Shown here one piece after another: positions 43,847 to 58,589 of a stretch of DNA of 64,000 bases (positions are counted from its first letter, which is position 1; every line of letters begins with the position of its first letter). A program made the position numbers and the translations under genes. The stretch is from the human T2T-CHM13v2.0 reference genome, Homo sapiens: assembly GCF_009914755.1 (NCBI RefSeq), contig NC_060932.1. One strand, 5' to 3'. The notes under the pieces are model-generated. The model was not told where the DNA came from, did no database searches, and worked only from the letters and a program-made list of their open reading frames with translations.

Positions 43847-45255
43847 TACTGTCTGGTGAATAATAGTCATATGTGACAGACTGATAAATATCTTCTGTTT
43901 ATTCCATCTTTCTTCCTGTTAGTAATAAAATATCTAAAAGTTTTAGCTGGGTATATGGTTGTCAAGATAGAAATGACTTTTTCAAGTATCCTTTGTGACT
44001 AGGTTTTGCTATGAAATTATGTTTTGGCCAATCAGGTTTAAGTAGAAGTAATGCATGCAATTCTCAGGTCATTTTTTTTAAAGAGTCTCCCTGATTTCAC
44101 TTCTTCTCTCCCCCATACCATATATTGTGGGTATATGGTGCTGGGGTCCATCTTCCACCACGTGATAAGAACCACACTCTAGCAGCCTTTCTCAACTGGG
44201 GTTCCTGTAAGAGAATTAAACCTTCCAGAGAATGATTTCAGTAATTCTTATCTACACTATTCCAAGGAACCATCCTTGGAATATAGTAAAGCTATACTAT
44301 TCTAGATGCATAGAGGGAAAGTTAATTTATAATTATAATGGAAGCCTTAAAGCATTAAAGCTTAATTCTCTCAAGAAAATTCCACTGGAAAAGGCTTATT
44401 GAGAACATACGAGCAAGAAGATGGGAGGAAAGTGGAATTGTGCAGCAACATAGGACTCAAGAGGCTTGAGATTCAAAGAGCTGTGAGATGTTGGGCAGGT
44501 TGGGTTCAATCTGAAAAGATAAATAAGAATGCTCTGGTTATTGTCTCTGGCACAATTTTTCTGCTAAGAGAGGCCATTTGGACGGAGCAGCAGCTGCAGA
44601 CCCGGGGAGAACACACTCTCAAGCAATGCCAGGGGGCGCTTCTCCCATGTGCCTCCTGCCCAGTGTTGGCCCTGACCCTTCTGGATTAAATACCCCTCTT
44701 ATCCGTGAACCAAAAATTCAGACTGCCATGGAATCAAGTGTATGTAGAAAAGAACTGCCAGATCAAATACATATTAGCAAATGACTGGCCTTTCTTATGG
44801 GAGACACATCTTTTCCCCAAAGACAAATAGCTGTAGTTACCAGCAGAGTGAGTGTTGATAGATATCTTGGGAAAATGCTGTATCTGGGTCCTATTGGATT
44901 TTTGTTTCTTTCCAGTATGGTAATTTTACAGCACCACAGTCCAACCGCTGATCTCCCTTCCATAGTTCTTACTAATAGAGACAGGACACACTAGATGTAG
45001 CTAGCAGTCAGAGGGTCTTAATTAGCATTGGTGCCTGAAGTACAAAGCCCCAATATCACATGCAGTTCTTATAATCTCTTATAAGGTGAGGAGGTATCAA
45101 AACAGATTTTTATGGATGAGAAAAGTGATGGCCAGAAAATTTTAAATAACTTGGAGAGAGGCACAGAGCTATTAAGTGATAGTCCGTGTGACTCCACAGC
45201 TAGTACTCCTTCTATTACACCATGCAGTCTCTAAGTACTGAATAAAAATGGTCTC

Positions 45256-45790
45256 TATGGTAGATTAAATTCTTGTCCCCAAGTTTTCACCACTCCTTCT
45301 ATCCACACTCTTTACAAGTGAGTTTATAGTTTGTCCCACTAAAGGCATAATGGACTTCCCTGCCTATTGACTCTGAACTCAGCTACATGACTTGCTTTAA
45401 CCAATGAATGTGGGTGGAAGTTACTATGCACCTACTCTGAGCCTAGGACTTAAGGTGAACCCCAATTTCTGCTGCCCTCTGGGGCCTCGGCCATTGCCAT
45501 GAGAAGAGCATGCCCTGGATAGTCACTTGCTCAAAAACGATGAGAATGCCCCTTAGGCATCTGCTTTCCCTTTAGCTTGGGCCCCTGAATGAACCTACAC
45601 GGAAAAGACCCAAGCCCAGCCTACAGGAAGGAACTGAGACCAGACAGTCCTGCAGATTGAAGCAGAGCAGCCCAGCCAAGTCCAGTCTAGATCAATCCTG
45701 GCCAACATACAGACATGTAAGCAAGAATAAATAAGTATAGTTTTAAGACACTGAGTTTTTGGGGTGGTTTGTTATATACCAACAGCTGGT
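45256..45790 (+). mobile_element. MLT1F/G-like MaLR LTR
   Basis: ctacatgacttgctttaaccaatgaatg, ccattgccatgagaagagcatgccc, aataaa...ccaacagct 3' end. Confidence 0.7.
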
Positions 45791-46451
45791 TGAGATCATC
45801 TCTGAAAAAATTTTAGCCACTGTGGAAATATATTGGACTGTCCTGAAATTGGAGGAGAGATAATACTATTCTGCTTATAATTCTTAAGTGGCTCCCTATA
45901 TGACTCCTTTGTGATAGTCTGTACCCTAATTGATCTCCAATAAACTTTCTTGGACCTGATCCCTGCCTGACTGTCCACTTCATCTCCTCCTCTATATATC
46001 CATTACTTTAAGCCCCACATGGGTCATGCTGTTTTACACCTCCAGGTCTTTGTGTACTCAGTTCTGTCTTCCTAGAATGTCTTGTCACCTTCTCTGTCTA
46101 ATTAATTCTAATCTTTCCTCAAGATGAAGCTGAAACATCCCCTCCTCCAGGAAACTTTCTCTGCCCTCCATTGTGACTTAGATGTCCCCTTAGATGTGCT
46201 TCCCTATACTGTAGCCCTTATCACACCATATTAAAACCAAATACTTGAAATTCTGGATTTATTTTGAAGGTACAGCCAGCATTATTGGTTGATGCCTTGG
46301 ATGTAGGTGTGAGAGAAAGAGAGGAGTCAAAATGTTACCATAGTTTTTGGCCTGGGCATCTAGAAGGTTGGAGTTGCCAACAGATATGAAGAAGGCTGCA
46401 GGTGAGACATATTTGGACATGATAAGTTGGAGGAGATGCCTATTAGATATC

Positions 46452-46885
46452 TGTTTTAATTTGTTTAGTGTTACTATCACAGAATACCTGAGGCTAACTT
46501 ACGAAGAGCTTTACTTGGCTCGTAATTCTGGTAGTTGGAAGATTCAAGATTGGGCAACTGCATCTGGTGAGGGCCTCAGGCTGTTCCAACTCAGGGCAGA
46601 AAGCATAAGGGGAGCAAATGTGTGCAAAAAGATCACATGGTGAGAGACGAAGCAAGAGCACTGAACTGAGGAAGCTCTTTTTAATAACCGGCTGTCTCAG
46701 GAACTAATCCATTCCTAAGAGCAAGAACTCACTCGCCCCAGATGGCGGGCGTTAATCTATCCATGGGAGATCTGTCCCCATGACCCAAACACCTCCCACT
46801 AGTCCCCACCTCCCAACACTGTCATGTTGGGGATCAAATTTCAACATGAGTTCCAGAGGAGACAAACTATATTCAAACCACAGCA
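46452..46885 (-). mobile_element. MST-type MaLR solo LTR inserted in L2
   Basis: TG...CA ends with exact 5-bp TSD ATATC (46447-46451, 46886-46890). Confidence 0.88.
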
Positions 46886-47221
46886 ATATCCAAATGGAGA
46901 AGTGAAGTCAGCAGTTGGATATACAAGCCTGGAGATGGGATGGAGAAGAATACATGAACTTGTTCAAGGTATTAATACATCATAAATGCTCTGTGAATGC
47001 CTTCCAAACCCTAAAAATCTGGTGGATTTTTATTTTCCTCATTTTAAAATGCAAACTAGATACTTCCCAAATGCCCATCAACAGTAGAATGGATAAATAA
47101 ATGGTGGTATATGTGTACAATGTAGTAATACTGTATAGCAATGAGAATGAATGAACCACAGGTGTGCACGATAATATGAGTGAATCTCCCAAACATATTT
47201 TTAAAATGATAAAATTTTTAT

Positions 47222-47353
47222 AGCCAATCACAGTGGCATCAGCCTGTAATTCCAGCTACTTGGAGGCTGAAGTAGCATGATCACTTTAGTCCAGGAGTTT
47301 GAAACCAACCTGGGCAACAGAGTGAGACCCTGTCTCAAAAAAATTAAAAAAAA
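47222..47353 (+). mobile_element. FLAM-like Alu monomer
   Basis: Single diverged monomer with A-tail. Confidence 0.8.
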
Positions 47354-47675
47354 TTTGTTTTTCTTTTTTTTTTTTTTTTGAGAGACAGAGTCTTTCTCTG
47401 ATGCCAAGGCTAGAATACAGTGGCATGATCATAGCTCACTGCAGCCTCCAACTCCTGGAATCAAGGGCTCCTCCTGTCTCAGCCTTCCAAGTAGCTAGGA
47501 CTACAGGTGTGCAGCACCATGCACAGCTAACTTTTTTTTTTTTTTTTTTTTTTTTGGTAGAGATGGGATTTCACTATGTTGCCCAGGCTGGTCTCAAACT
47601 CCTGGCTTCAAATGATTCTCCTGCTTTGGCCCCCCAAAGTGCTGAAATTACAGGCATGAGCTACTGTGCTTGGCT
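47354..47675 (-). mobile_element. Alu (AluJ-like)
   Basis: Dimer with an expanded T-linker. Confidence 0.92.
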
Positions 47676-47679
47676 TAAT

Positions 47680-48924
47680 TTTTTAAAATTGTAGTAAAAA
47701 ACCATGTAACAAAATTTACCATCTTAACCATTTTTAGGCGTATAGTTTAGTAAAGCATATTCACATTGTTGTAAAGTGGAACTCCAAATCTTTTTCATCT
47801 TGTAAAACTGAAACTCTATATCCATTACATAAGAACTCTTCATTTCCTACTTCCTCCAACCCTAGGCAACCATCATTTTGTTTCTATGAATTTAACTACT
47901 TTAGATAGCTCATACAAGTGGAATTATACAGTATTTGTCTTTTTGTGACTGGCTTATTTTACTTCCCATAATGTCTTCAATGTTTAGTGCCATCCCCTTG
48001 AGAGTGTCCTCCTGATAGTGAGTGAGTTCTCATGAGATCTGGTCATGTAAAAGTGTGTGGTACCTTCCTCCCACTCTCTTGCTCCTGATTTTGCCACGTG
48101 ATGTGCCTGCTCGCTCTTTGACTTCTGCCTTGATTGGAACCTTCCTGAGGCCTCCCCAGAAGCAGAAGCTGCTATGCTTTCTGTATAGCCTGCAGAACCA
48201 TGAGCCAATTAAACCCGTTTTCTTTGTAAATTACCCAATCTCAGGTATTTTTCTTTATAGCAATGTGAGAACAAACTAATACATGTAGCATGTGACAGGA
48301 TTTCCTTCCTTTTCAAGGTTGAATAATATTGAGATATAATATGTATATGCTACAACTTGTTTATTCATTCATCTATAAGTGAAATGTCCATTTGGGTTGC
48401 TTCCTTCTGCTGGCTATTGTGAACCATGTTATTATGAACACAGGTGTGAAAATCTCTCTGAGATCCTGCTTTCAATTATTTTGCATATACACCCAGAAAT
48501 GGGGTTGCTGGATCATATGGTAATTATATTTTTCACATTATGAGGAATTGCCATACTGTTTTCCATAGTGCTGTACCATTTCCTTGCCAACACTTGTTAT
48601 TTTCTGTTGTTTTTTTAATGTAGCCATCATAATGAGTGTGAGGTGGCATCTTATTGTGGTTTTGATTTGCATTTCTCTAATGATTAGTGATGTTGAACAT
48701 CTTTTCATATGCTTGTTATCCATTTGCATATCATTTTTGGAGAAATGTCCATTCCAGTCTTTTGCCCATTTTTTGTTTTTAATTTTTTAAAATTTTAATT
48801 TTAAAAAGATAGGGTCTTGCTATTTTTCCTAGGGTGGACACAAACTCCTAGGCTCAAGTGATTCTCCTACCTCAGCCTTCCTCCCAAGTAGCTGGGACTA
48901 GCAGCGTGAGCCACTTTTTGTGTT

Positions 48925-48960
<36 letters not shown>

Positions 48961-49483
48961 TTTTGCTGTTGCATTGTAGTTCTTTATATATTCTGGCCAT
49001 TAACCACTTATTGGATATAGAATTTACACATACCTTCTCTCACTCTGCAGGGAGAAATTTTTACTCTGTTGGTTGTATCCTTTGATGCATAGAAGTTTTT
49101 AAGTTTGATATAGTCCCATAGGTCTATTATTGCTTTTGTTGCCTATGCCTTTAGTGTAATATTCAAGAAATTATTGCCAAGCCCAATGTCATGAAGGTTT
49201 TCTTCAATGTTTTTTTCCCTAGGAGTTTTATGGTTTTAGCTCTATATTTAGGTCTTTAATCCATTTTGAGTTAATTTTCATATATGGTATAATAATGTCA
49301 GAGTCTGACCTCATTATTTTACATGTGGACATCTAGTTTTCTCACATCATTTGTTGAAGACATTGTCCTTTCCCCATTGAGTGGTCTTGGTATCCTTGTC
49401 GAAGATCATTTGACCATATATGTGAGGGTTTATTTCAGAGCTCTCTATTCTATTCTGTTGGTCTATATTTCTGTCATTATGCC
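47680..49483 (-). mobile_element. L1MB-like 3' fragment containing an MST piece and a FLAM (~48790-48915)
   Basis: Antisense ORF2 C-terminal homology (ORF 48538-48729 [21 protein letters not shown]). Confidence 0.85.
47982..48283 (+). mobile_element. 5'-truncated MSTA-like LTR
   Basis: gaggcctccccagaagcagaagctgctatgctt...aactaataca. Confidence 0.85.
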
Positions 49484-49731
49484 ATCGAACATATTTTTGA
49501 ATAAACGAATCCAGACACAAAATGACACTGTATGATTCAATTTATATAACATTTAAAAATATTTAAATCTAATCGATGGTATTAGAAGTCAGGCTGAGGG
49601 ATAGCCTTGTGGGTGTAGGTGATGACTAATAGGCAGTATGAGGGAGACTTTGGGGGGCACTGGTACTATTCTGTTTCTTGATCTGCATGCTAATTATATG
49701 AGTGTGTTAACTTCGTGAAAATACACAGATA

Positions 49732-50195
49732 TAGTCATGTACTGCATAATGCTATTTCAGTCAGCAACAGACCTCATATGGATGGTCAACTTCTAAGATT
49801 ATAATGGAGCTGGAAAATTTCTAATTCCTAGAGACACTGCAGTCATCATATTACTCAAATGTTTGTGGTGATCCAGGTGTAAGCAAACCTATTGCACTGC
49901 CAGTCATATAAAAGCATGGCACACAATTATGTACAATACATAATTTTGATAGCAATAGTAAAAGAGTATGTTACTGGTTTATGTATTTACTATACTATAC
50001 TTTTTATCATTATTTTAGAGTGTACTCCTTCTACTTACAGAAAAAACAGCTTTAGGCAAGTCCTTCAGGAGGCATTACAGAAGAAGGCATTGTTATCATA
50101 GGTCCATGCATGTTATTGCCCCTGAGGACCTTCCAGTGGGACAATATGTAGAGGTAGAAGGCAGTGATATGGATGATCCTGAACCTGCATAGGTA
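49732..50195. mobile_element. Tigger3b/MER7-like fragment
   Basis: tagtcatgtactgcataat..., ccctgaggaccttccagtgggacaa. Confidence 0.75.
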
Positions 50196-51609
50196 AAAAA
50201 AGTTAGCTATTATTAACATTTATTGAGTAACTAGCATGTGCCAAGCTTGCTAGTAACTTTTATAAGGTTAATTAAATCTAATCCTTGAAGTAGGTTTTGT
50301 TATTTCCCATTTTATAGATAAGAAAATGAATGCTCAGAGAGGTTAAGTGATTTGCCCGTGGCAACACAGCTAATAAATGGCAGAGCCAGAGTTTAACTTC
50401 CAAGTTGTCTATTGTAAAGCCCTGGTTTTCAAAATGCTTTGGCTAATATACTCCTTGGCACATTTTTGTAACATTAAAAAAAATAAAATTTCCAACATCT
50501 TATAAATATTGACATTTCAACATAAAACTGTTACATCTCTCTTCTAAATGTATCTAATGGAATTTAGATTCTGCAATAACCAGATACTCCCCATGGTACA
50601 CTTAAAAAATACCTGAAAAAAGCTCTTTAATTGTCAGAAATTTTATGCTGTTCCTTTTCTTCCATAAAGTTGTTTTTCTATTCCAGTGCTCTCCATTCTG
50701 GGTTTTATCTCCCCAGTTTTTATGCTTCACAATATTTTGTTGATTTCCCTATCATAGTTCTCCACAACAAAAAAATACACATTAAAATATAATTTAAAAA
50801 TTTTTTGTCCAGGTCCTGAATGTTAAAAATTTTGCTGAATTGAATTATCATTACGATTACTAGTATTATATGATTTATTACAACAATATAAATACATTAC
50901 ATATTTAATAAATACGTATTGAATACAAGAAGTAAGATATTGGAAGTGAATCTTCCTGAGGCAGATGAGGGTCACGGGTACTGATGGAACTTAGATTAAT
51001 GGAATTATCGAAGTGTCCCTTGGCTTGACACATCTTTTCTTCCACCAGACAATGCACCTCAGAGAGATAGAGGATGTGTGAGAAGAATTCTTTCTTTTGA
51101 GAAGTGGAAGAAAGGTAATCATGAAAGGTACCTTGTAGGCAAATTTGTTTTGGAAAGAGGTAATATGGTGTTCGAGGTTCTGGATCTTGAAACTGATTCT
51201 TTACAACTGTCTCTGCCTGGCTGCTCCTTGGGAAGTTCTTAAGCACTACCACGACCACACATCCCTCTTTCATGCCTCTCGTCTCTCTGTTACTCTCTGT
51301 CTCAGTTTCAGTGGTAAATTATTGGTCATCCCAGTGAGTACCCCTTGTCATTCCCCTTCTCATTCCCAAGGTGAACATATATTTAGATTTGAAGATGACG
51401 CTTGAAAACCAAGGAGTGCCTATGTCCTATTTCTTTTTTTCCTATTAAGATTTTAAAATATTCATTGCATACCTACTATGTGCCACACACTATATTAGGT
51501 ACTTCGATATATATCTCATTATCAAAATTATCATGTGAGATATTTTTATTATACCCTCCCCCTTTTAAAACATTTTTAAAAATCCTGAAAACCTAGAAGG
51601 TTTAATTGA

Positions 51610-52428
<819 letters not shown>

Positions 52429-52433
<5 letters not shown>

Positions 52434-52513
52434 TGGAGACCCAGGGACTAGACCTGGATTTCAAGAAAAGCCTATTGTTGAAATCCAGATCTAGTCCCTG
52501 GGTCTCCAGGGCA
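52429..52513. repeat. Near-perfect hairpin, 36-bp arms, 13-nt loop
   Basis: 52429-52464 versus the reverse complement of 52478-52513: 35/36 identical. Confidence 0.97.
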
Positions 52514-53036
52514 GGCAATGCCTTGCATTGGTGTCCTTTCCTGGGGCAGGAGGTCTTACCTCATGAAACTTGGGTTGTGGCTCAGTCCTCCTCACTGCCA
52601 GACTGCTCTTTTGCCTATCAGGCTCCCTTTAACAAATGTTTGTACTTTCTCGTAATCCTGGTTCTGTTCACCAGCATCTCTTTCCTGGGTGACAGCACAG
52701 TGCCAAACTATTCAGTGATGGCAGCCAGAGCAATTTCTCCAAATGCTAAATTAAATGCACTGGATGTAAGCCAGTCCAGTGTTTTCTATAAGGATAAAGC
52801 CTTAACCTCGAAACAAGATTGATACGGCCCTTTTTTCAAATGCACACTTCAGCTCTACTAAACTTTCTTCTCCTTCCTTGTCCACACCCCGACTCCTCTC
52901 ATCTTGCCTATTGTTGCCCCACACACGTCTCCACCTTCCGGAATCATTTTTGATTCATGCTTCAGATCTTAGATCTCTGAGAAGTTCCCTGGGTTTTGTG
53001 CACCACTCTCTGCCCCACTAACTTTGATGCCCTTCC

Positions 53037-53246
53037 AGTGGTGTGCTGAAGCCGGCTGGTACAGGCTCTCGAAGCCGACTGTGCATATCACTTCCCAGCT
53101 CCAGTGTTGCATGACATCACTTTGGCATCTGGAAATTGGCCATGATGGAAGTATTGATAGCATGGAAATCAACAAATGGTACAAATGAGGGTTTTATTAA
53201 AAAAAAACAACAACTTGTTGGTAAGCATTTACAAGCACACCACCAT
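53037..53246. mobile_element. MER63-like hAT element
   Basis: Termini cagtggtgtgctg...agcacacacca. Confidence 0.7.
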
Positions 53247-53796
53247 GCCCCTCTTATATTTTCATAACACTCTGAGCACTGTGTATTTCTTCATTTGTTC
53301 AGTGAATATTTACTGACTGTGTATTATGTGCCAGGCACTGCCCTCTATACTGAGGATATAAATGTGGGTAAATAATATCGTTCTTGCCATAATGGAGCTT
53401 AGAGTTAAAAGGCGGAGACTGCCCTTAGTCAAGTAAGTAAGTAAATAAATAAATATTCAGTGATAATTACGTTAAGAACTAAAAATGCTTTCAAAATATA
53501 TAATAGGGTATTTGACCTCATCTAGGAAGGTTTTCCTGAGCTAAAATCTGAAGGACAATTTTGAGTTGAGGAAGGAACAAGGTGAGGGAACAGCATTCCA
53601 GGCCAAGGGAACCGCATGTGCTATGGTTGGAGGGAGCATGCCTCCTAGGAGCAAGGAGATAAGACAAGTTTGGCTAGAAGGGAGTCAGAGAGTTTTGTGT
53701 GAGATGCAGCTGAAGAGTTAACCAGGAAGCAAGCCATGCAGAGTTTTGTAGGCCCTACTAAGGAGTTTTGTCCTATCCTAAAAGCAGTGAAGTGTT

Positions 53797-56676
53797 TTTT
53801 TTTTTCTTTTCTTCAACTTTTAAGTTCAGGGGTACCCATTACTGGGTATATACCCAAAAGAATATAAACCATTCTATTATAAAGATACATGCACACATAT
53901 GTTCATTGCAGCAGTATTCACAATAGCAAAGACATGGAATCAACCCAAATGTCCATCAATGATAGACCAGATAAAGAATATGTGGTACATATACACCATG
54001 GAGTACTATGCAGCCATAAAAGGGAATGAGATCATGTCCTTTGCAGGGACATGGAGCTCCTTTAGGAGCTCTTGAAAGGCAGGCCTGGTGGTGATGAATT
54101 CCCTTAGCATATGCTTGTCTGAAAAGGATCTTATTTCTCCTTCACTTATGAAGCTTAGTTTGGCTGGATATAAAATTCTGTATTGAGAATTCTTTTCTTT
54201 AAGAATGTTGAATATTGGCCCCCAATCTCTTCTGGCTTGCAGGGTTTCCACTGATAGGTCCACCGTTAGTCTGATGGGTTTCACTTTGTAAGTAACTTGG
54301 CCCTTCTTTCTGAGTGCCTTTAACATTTTTTCTTTCATTTAGGCCTTGGAGAATCTGATGATTAGGTGTCTTTGGATTGATCTTCTTGTGGAGTATCTTA
54401 CTGCAGTTCTCTGGATTTCCTGAATTTGAATGTTGGCCTGTCTTGCTAGGTTGGAGAAGTTCTCCTGGATGATATCCTGAACTATGTTTTTCAACTTGGT
54501 TTCATCCTCTTTGTCTCTTTCAGGTACCCCAATCAGTTGTAGGTTCAGTCTTTTTACATAATCCCATATTCTTGGATGTTTTGATCATTCTTTTTTATTC
54601 TTTTTTGCTCTATTCTTGTCTGCTGGTCTTATTTCAGAAAGATAGTCTTCAAGCTCTGAGATTCTTTCCGCCACTTGGTCTATTCTGCTATTGATACTTG
54701 TGATTGCATTGTGAAGCTCTTGTGTTGTGTTTTTCAGCTCCATCAGGTCAGTTATATTCCTTTCTCACCTATTCTGGTTATCTGGCTATCAGCTCCAGTA
54801 TTGTTTTATTATGTTTCTTAGCTTCTTTGCATTGGGTTACAACATGCTCCTTTAGCTCAGGAAAGTTCGTTGATACCCACCTTCTGAAGCATACTTCTGT
54901 CAGTTCAGCCATCTCAGCCTCAGTCCAGTTCTGTGCCCTTGCTGGGGAGGGGTTGTGGTCATTTGCAGGAGAAAACGCACTCTGGCTTTTTGGGTTTTCA
55001 GCATTTTTGCGTTGATTCTTTCTCATCTTTGTGGGCTTATCTACCTTTAATCTTTGAGGTTGTTGACTTTGAATGAGGTTTTTGTGGGGTCTTTTTTGTT
55101 GATGGTGTTGTTGTTGTTTTGTTTGTTTTTCTCTTAACAGTCAGGCCACTTGACTGCTGCAGTTTGCTGGAGATCCGCTCCAGACCCCAGTTGCCTCACT
55201 TTTTCCTGTATCTGGAGGTATCACTAGTGAAGGCCACAAAACAGCAAAGATGGCAGCCAGCTTCTTCCTCTGGAAGCTTCATCTTGGGTGGTTTCTGATC
55301 TGTTGCCAGCCCTCATACACCTGCAGCAGGTGGTTAGAGACCCCCATTGGGAGGTTTCACCCAGTCAGGAGGAACGGGATTAGGGACCCACCCAAAGAAG
55401 TAGTCTGGCTGCTTTTTGTAGAGCAGGTGTGCTGTACTGGGAGTGGGGGTGGGTGGGGCCCTCATAGTCTGGACCACCTGTATTCTCCACAGCTGGTAGG
55501 CTGGATCAGCTGAGTCCACTGAACCATAAAGATGGTGGTTGTCCCTCTCCAAGGCAACCTGTCCCAGGGAGATATCAGAGCTCTCTCCATAGCGCCCTGG
55601 CTGGAGTGACTGAAGCTCCTGCAGGGAGGACCCACCCATGAGGAGGAATGGATTGGGGTCCCACTTAAAGAAGCAGTCTGGCTGCAATTTGGCAAGGCAG
55701 CTGTGCTACATTGTGGGGGACCCTTCCTTGTATGGTCCATCTGTATTATCCACAGCTGGCAGGCTGGAATGGCTGAGTCTACTGAACTGCAGAGATGATG
55801 GCCTCCCCTCCCTCCAGGAGCTCTGTCCCAGGGAGAGATCAGAGCTCTGTTCATAAAACAGTTGCTGGAGGGGCTTAAGGAGGTCCTCTCTAGCGAGGAG
55901 GAATGACTTGGGGTCCTGCTTACAGAAGCAGTCTGGCTGCTTTTTGGTAGGGCAGGTGTGCTGCATTGTAGCAGAGGGAACCCTTCCTAGTTTAGACCGT
56001 CTGTATTCTCCACATCCAGGAGGCTGCAGCAGCTGAGTCGGCTGAATCACAGAGACGGCAGCTGCCCCACCTGCTGGGAACTCAAACCTGTCTCAGGCAG
56101 ACTCCTATCCACTGCCATTGGCTGGCTGGGATTCCAAGCTGGTGGGTCTTAACTTGTGGGGTGTCATGTAAGTGGGGCCTGAAGAATGGTATTGCTTGGC
56201 TCCCTGGATTCAGCCCCCTTCCTACAGATGGATTTCCTGCCTTGCTGATGATTGTGGCCAGAGTATGTAAAACTTCTGGGCCTCTTTGTATGTGCCTGAG
56301 TGGCTGCTCTGTCAAGACAACACACAGCTCTGTGTATCAGACTCAAGGCCCTGGTGGTGTGGAGTCATGAGGGGGTCTCTTGATCCACAGGTTGCAAAGA
56401 TTCATGGGAGAAGCATGGTTTCCTGGGTTGCACAATCACTCACCACTTCCCTTGGCTGAGGGTGGAGGTTCCTTTGGCTCTGTGCTGCTCCGAGGTGGGC
56501 TCCCCACCCTGCCCAACTTTTCTTCATTCTCCATGGGCCGGTGGTTTGCCTAGTCAGTCCCAATGAGAGAACCTGGATATTTCAGTTGAAGTTACTGAAT
56601 TCACTTGCCCCTTCTCATTCCTCTCTGAGTGCTGCGGGCAGGGGCTTCTAATTGGCCATTATGGATTGATCTCCCT
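53797..56676 (-). mobile_element. Rearranged primate L1 (L1PA13-16-like): 5' UTR and ORF1, inverted ORF2 end, short 3' end
   Basis: Exact 13-bp TSD gcagtgaagtgtt (53784-53796, 56677-56689). ORF1 homology in ORFs 54006-54338 and 54778-55026. Inserted in an L2. Confidence 0.92.
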
Positions 56677-58589
56677 GCAGTGAAGTGTTCTAAGTAGGAA
56701 GAACACATGGTATTGTGGAAAATCAACATAGCATGGTGGCTCAGAAATAGATTCTGGAGCCAGGCAGGTTGCTTGGTTTGGAATTCTGGTCCTGCAACTT
56801 ACTGGAACCTCTCTATGCCTTAGTTTCCTCACAGTTTAAAGAGGGATAAAATAATATCTATAGGTCTATTTGCGAGGTTTTAAAATTCTTGGAATAGTAC
56901 CTGGCTCATTATACATGCTATAGAAATGCTTATTCAATTAAATAAATAAAAGCATCTTTGGTAAGATAACTCTGAACATTGTATGGTTTAGTAGAGGATG
57001 CTGACAAGAATAAATTAAAACATATCATGAAGTAAGCATAAAAGATAGTGGTAATGCAAAGATGCGAATGAGCTCTGCTTCCTGTGATTAGTGTGAGCAG
57101 ACAAATTCACTGTACTCAGAAGCTTAAAGCCTAGCGTGGGAAGCTGACATGAATGAAAACCAACGGGAAAAAATGTTAGAGTAGAGGTGTAAGCAAGAGT
57201 GATTAATTTCAACTTGAAAGCAAATGGGGGAGGTTTCACAGAGAGGGGCCCAGCATGTTGGTTGATTGCTTGGGCTCCAGAATCAGGCCAGCTCAGTTTA
57301 ATGCTGACTTTGTACCTCACTGGTTTTGTGACTTGACCTCTCTAATCCTCCATCTCCTTATCTGTACAGTGGGGGAAAATAATAATGATAATAATAGGTA
57401 GCTCATAGGACAAATAAGAATTCACAGTTAATGCATCAAAAATCTTAGCACAAGGCACTCAATAAATGTGAAGCTTTTATTGTTATTACGAGTTGAAACT
57501 TGAGTGGGAAAGAACTTCGTTCACATTAAACATGAGAAAAGGCCCAGAAGTTGAAAAGCATTTGACAAAATTAAAGAACAGCAAGTCAGTGCCACTTAAA
57601 CGGTAATCCAACCACCGCCAGTCAGTGAACAGCTTTTTACTGCTCCATGAACAGGTAAGTATAGAAATTGTGAGTAAGCATTTAGAAATAAAAACAACAA
57701 CAACAACCAATAATTGAAAAACTAATTTTATACTTTTTGGCATACTCATTGTACACTTGTAATAAAAACTGGGCTTGTAGTTTTTGTCTCTTTTCTTATT
57801 TGCTAGCAGGTTTTGATTTGTATTTTACAGAAATAATGGTCCATGTCAGATTGGAAATAATAAAAACTTGTCTTTTACCCTTGATAGTTTGAGAAAAAAG
57901 TAATTCAGTGGGGTTAGATATGGCATCCGAGAGATGATTCGGGAAAGGTGGGCCAGGGCCATGTTTATGTGGACCCTCCAATGCCTCAGAGTTCACACTT
58001 GTTTCAGTGGGCAACAGGACTAGTAAGGTTTAGAGGGACTGTTAACCGAAGGTGAGTGGACTTTGCACATTTTATGGTATTTTTTTTTTCCCAGTAGGCA
58101 TGTGCTTATTCTTTCTTTTCTTTTCTAATTAAAAGTTCTGTTTGGTTTTTTTAGTTAAGAGGAGAGACTGGAACTGCTCAGTGTTTCACAAAGATAACTG
58201 TTTGTATTTGATAAGAGTTTCGTTAAACAAAGGAATTTGCACTTATCAAAACATAAAGCATTGAAAACACTGAGCACATACTCTGTGACCAGAATGCGTG
58301 TGACTTGTTGAGATAAGCCACACCGGGTAATCAGATGAGTCTCCTTTCTTCTTGGGCACCCTCATATAATTCAGGCACAAACGAAAGAGAAAACGCTTTT
58401 TCTGATCTCTCAGTTCGGGTCATCTCTGCCTTCCATCATCACCGCCTAACAATCCTACACCTGGCAGGGTGGGAAAACGGTTTAATAATCTCTTCCCTTT
58501 GGGAGGCGTTTGACAGCTCAGAAAGCATGGCCTTTACTCAGGCTCAGAGACACACAAAAACCTTTCACGTTTTCCTTTCAGCTTCGCAG

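Noticed and set aside
54006-55026. Functional L1 ORF1
   Set aside because: Fragmented by stops and frameshifts, and ORF2 is essentially absent.
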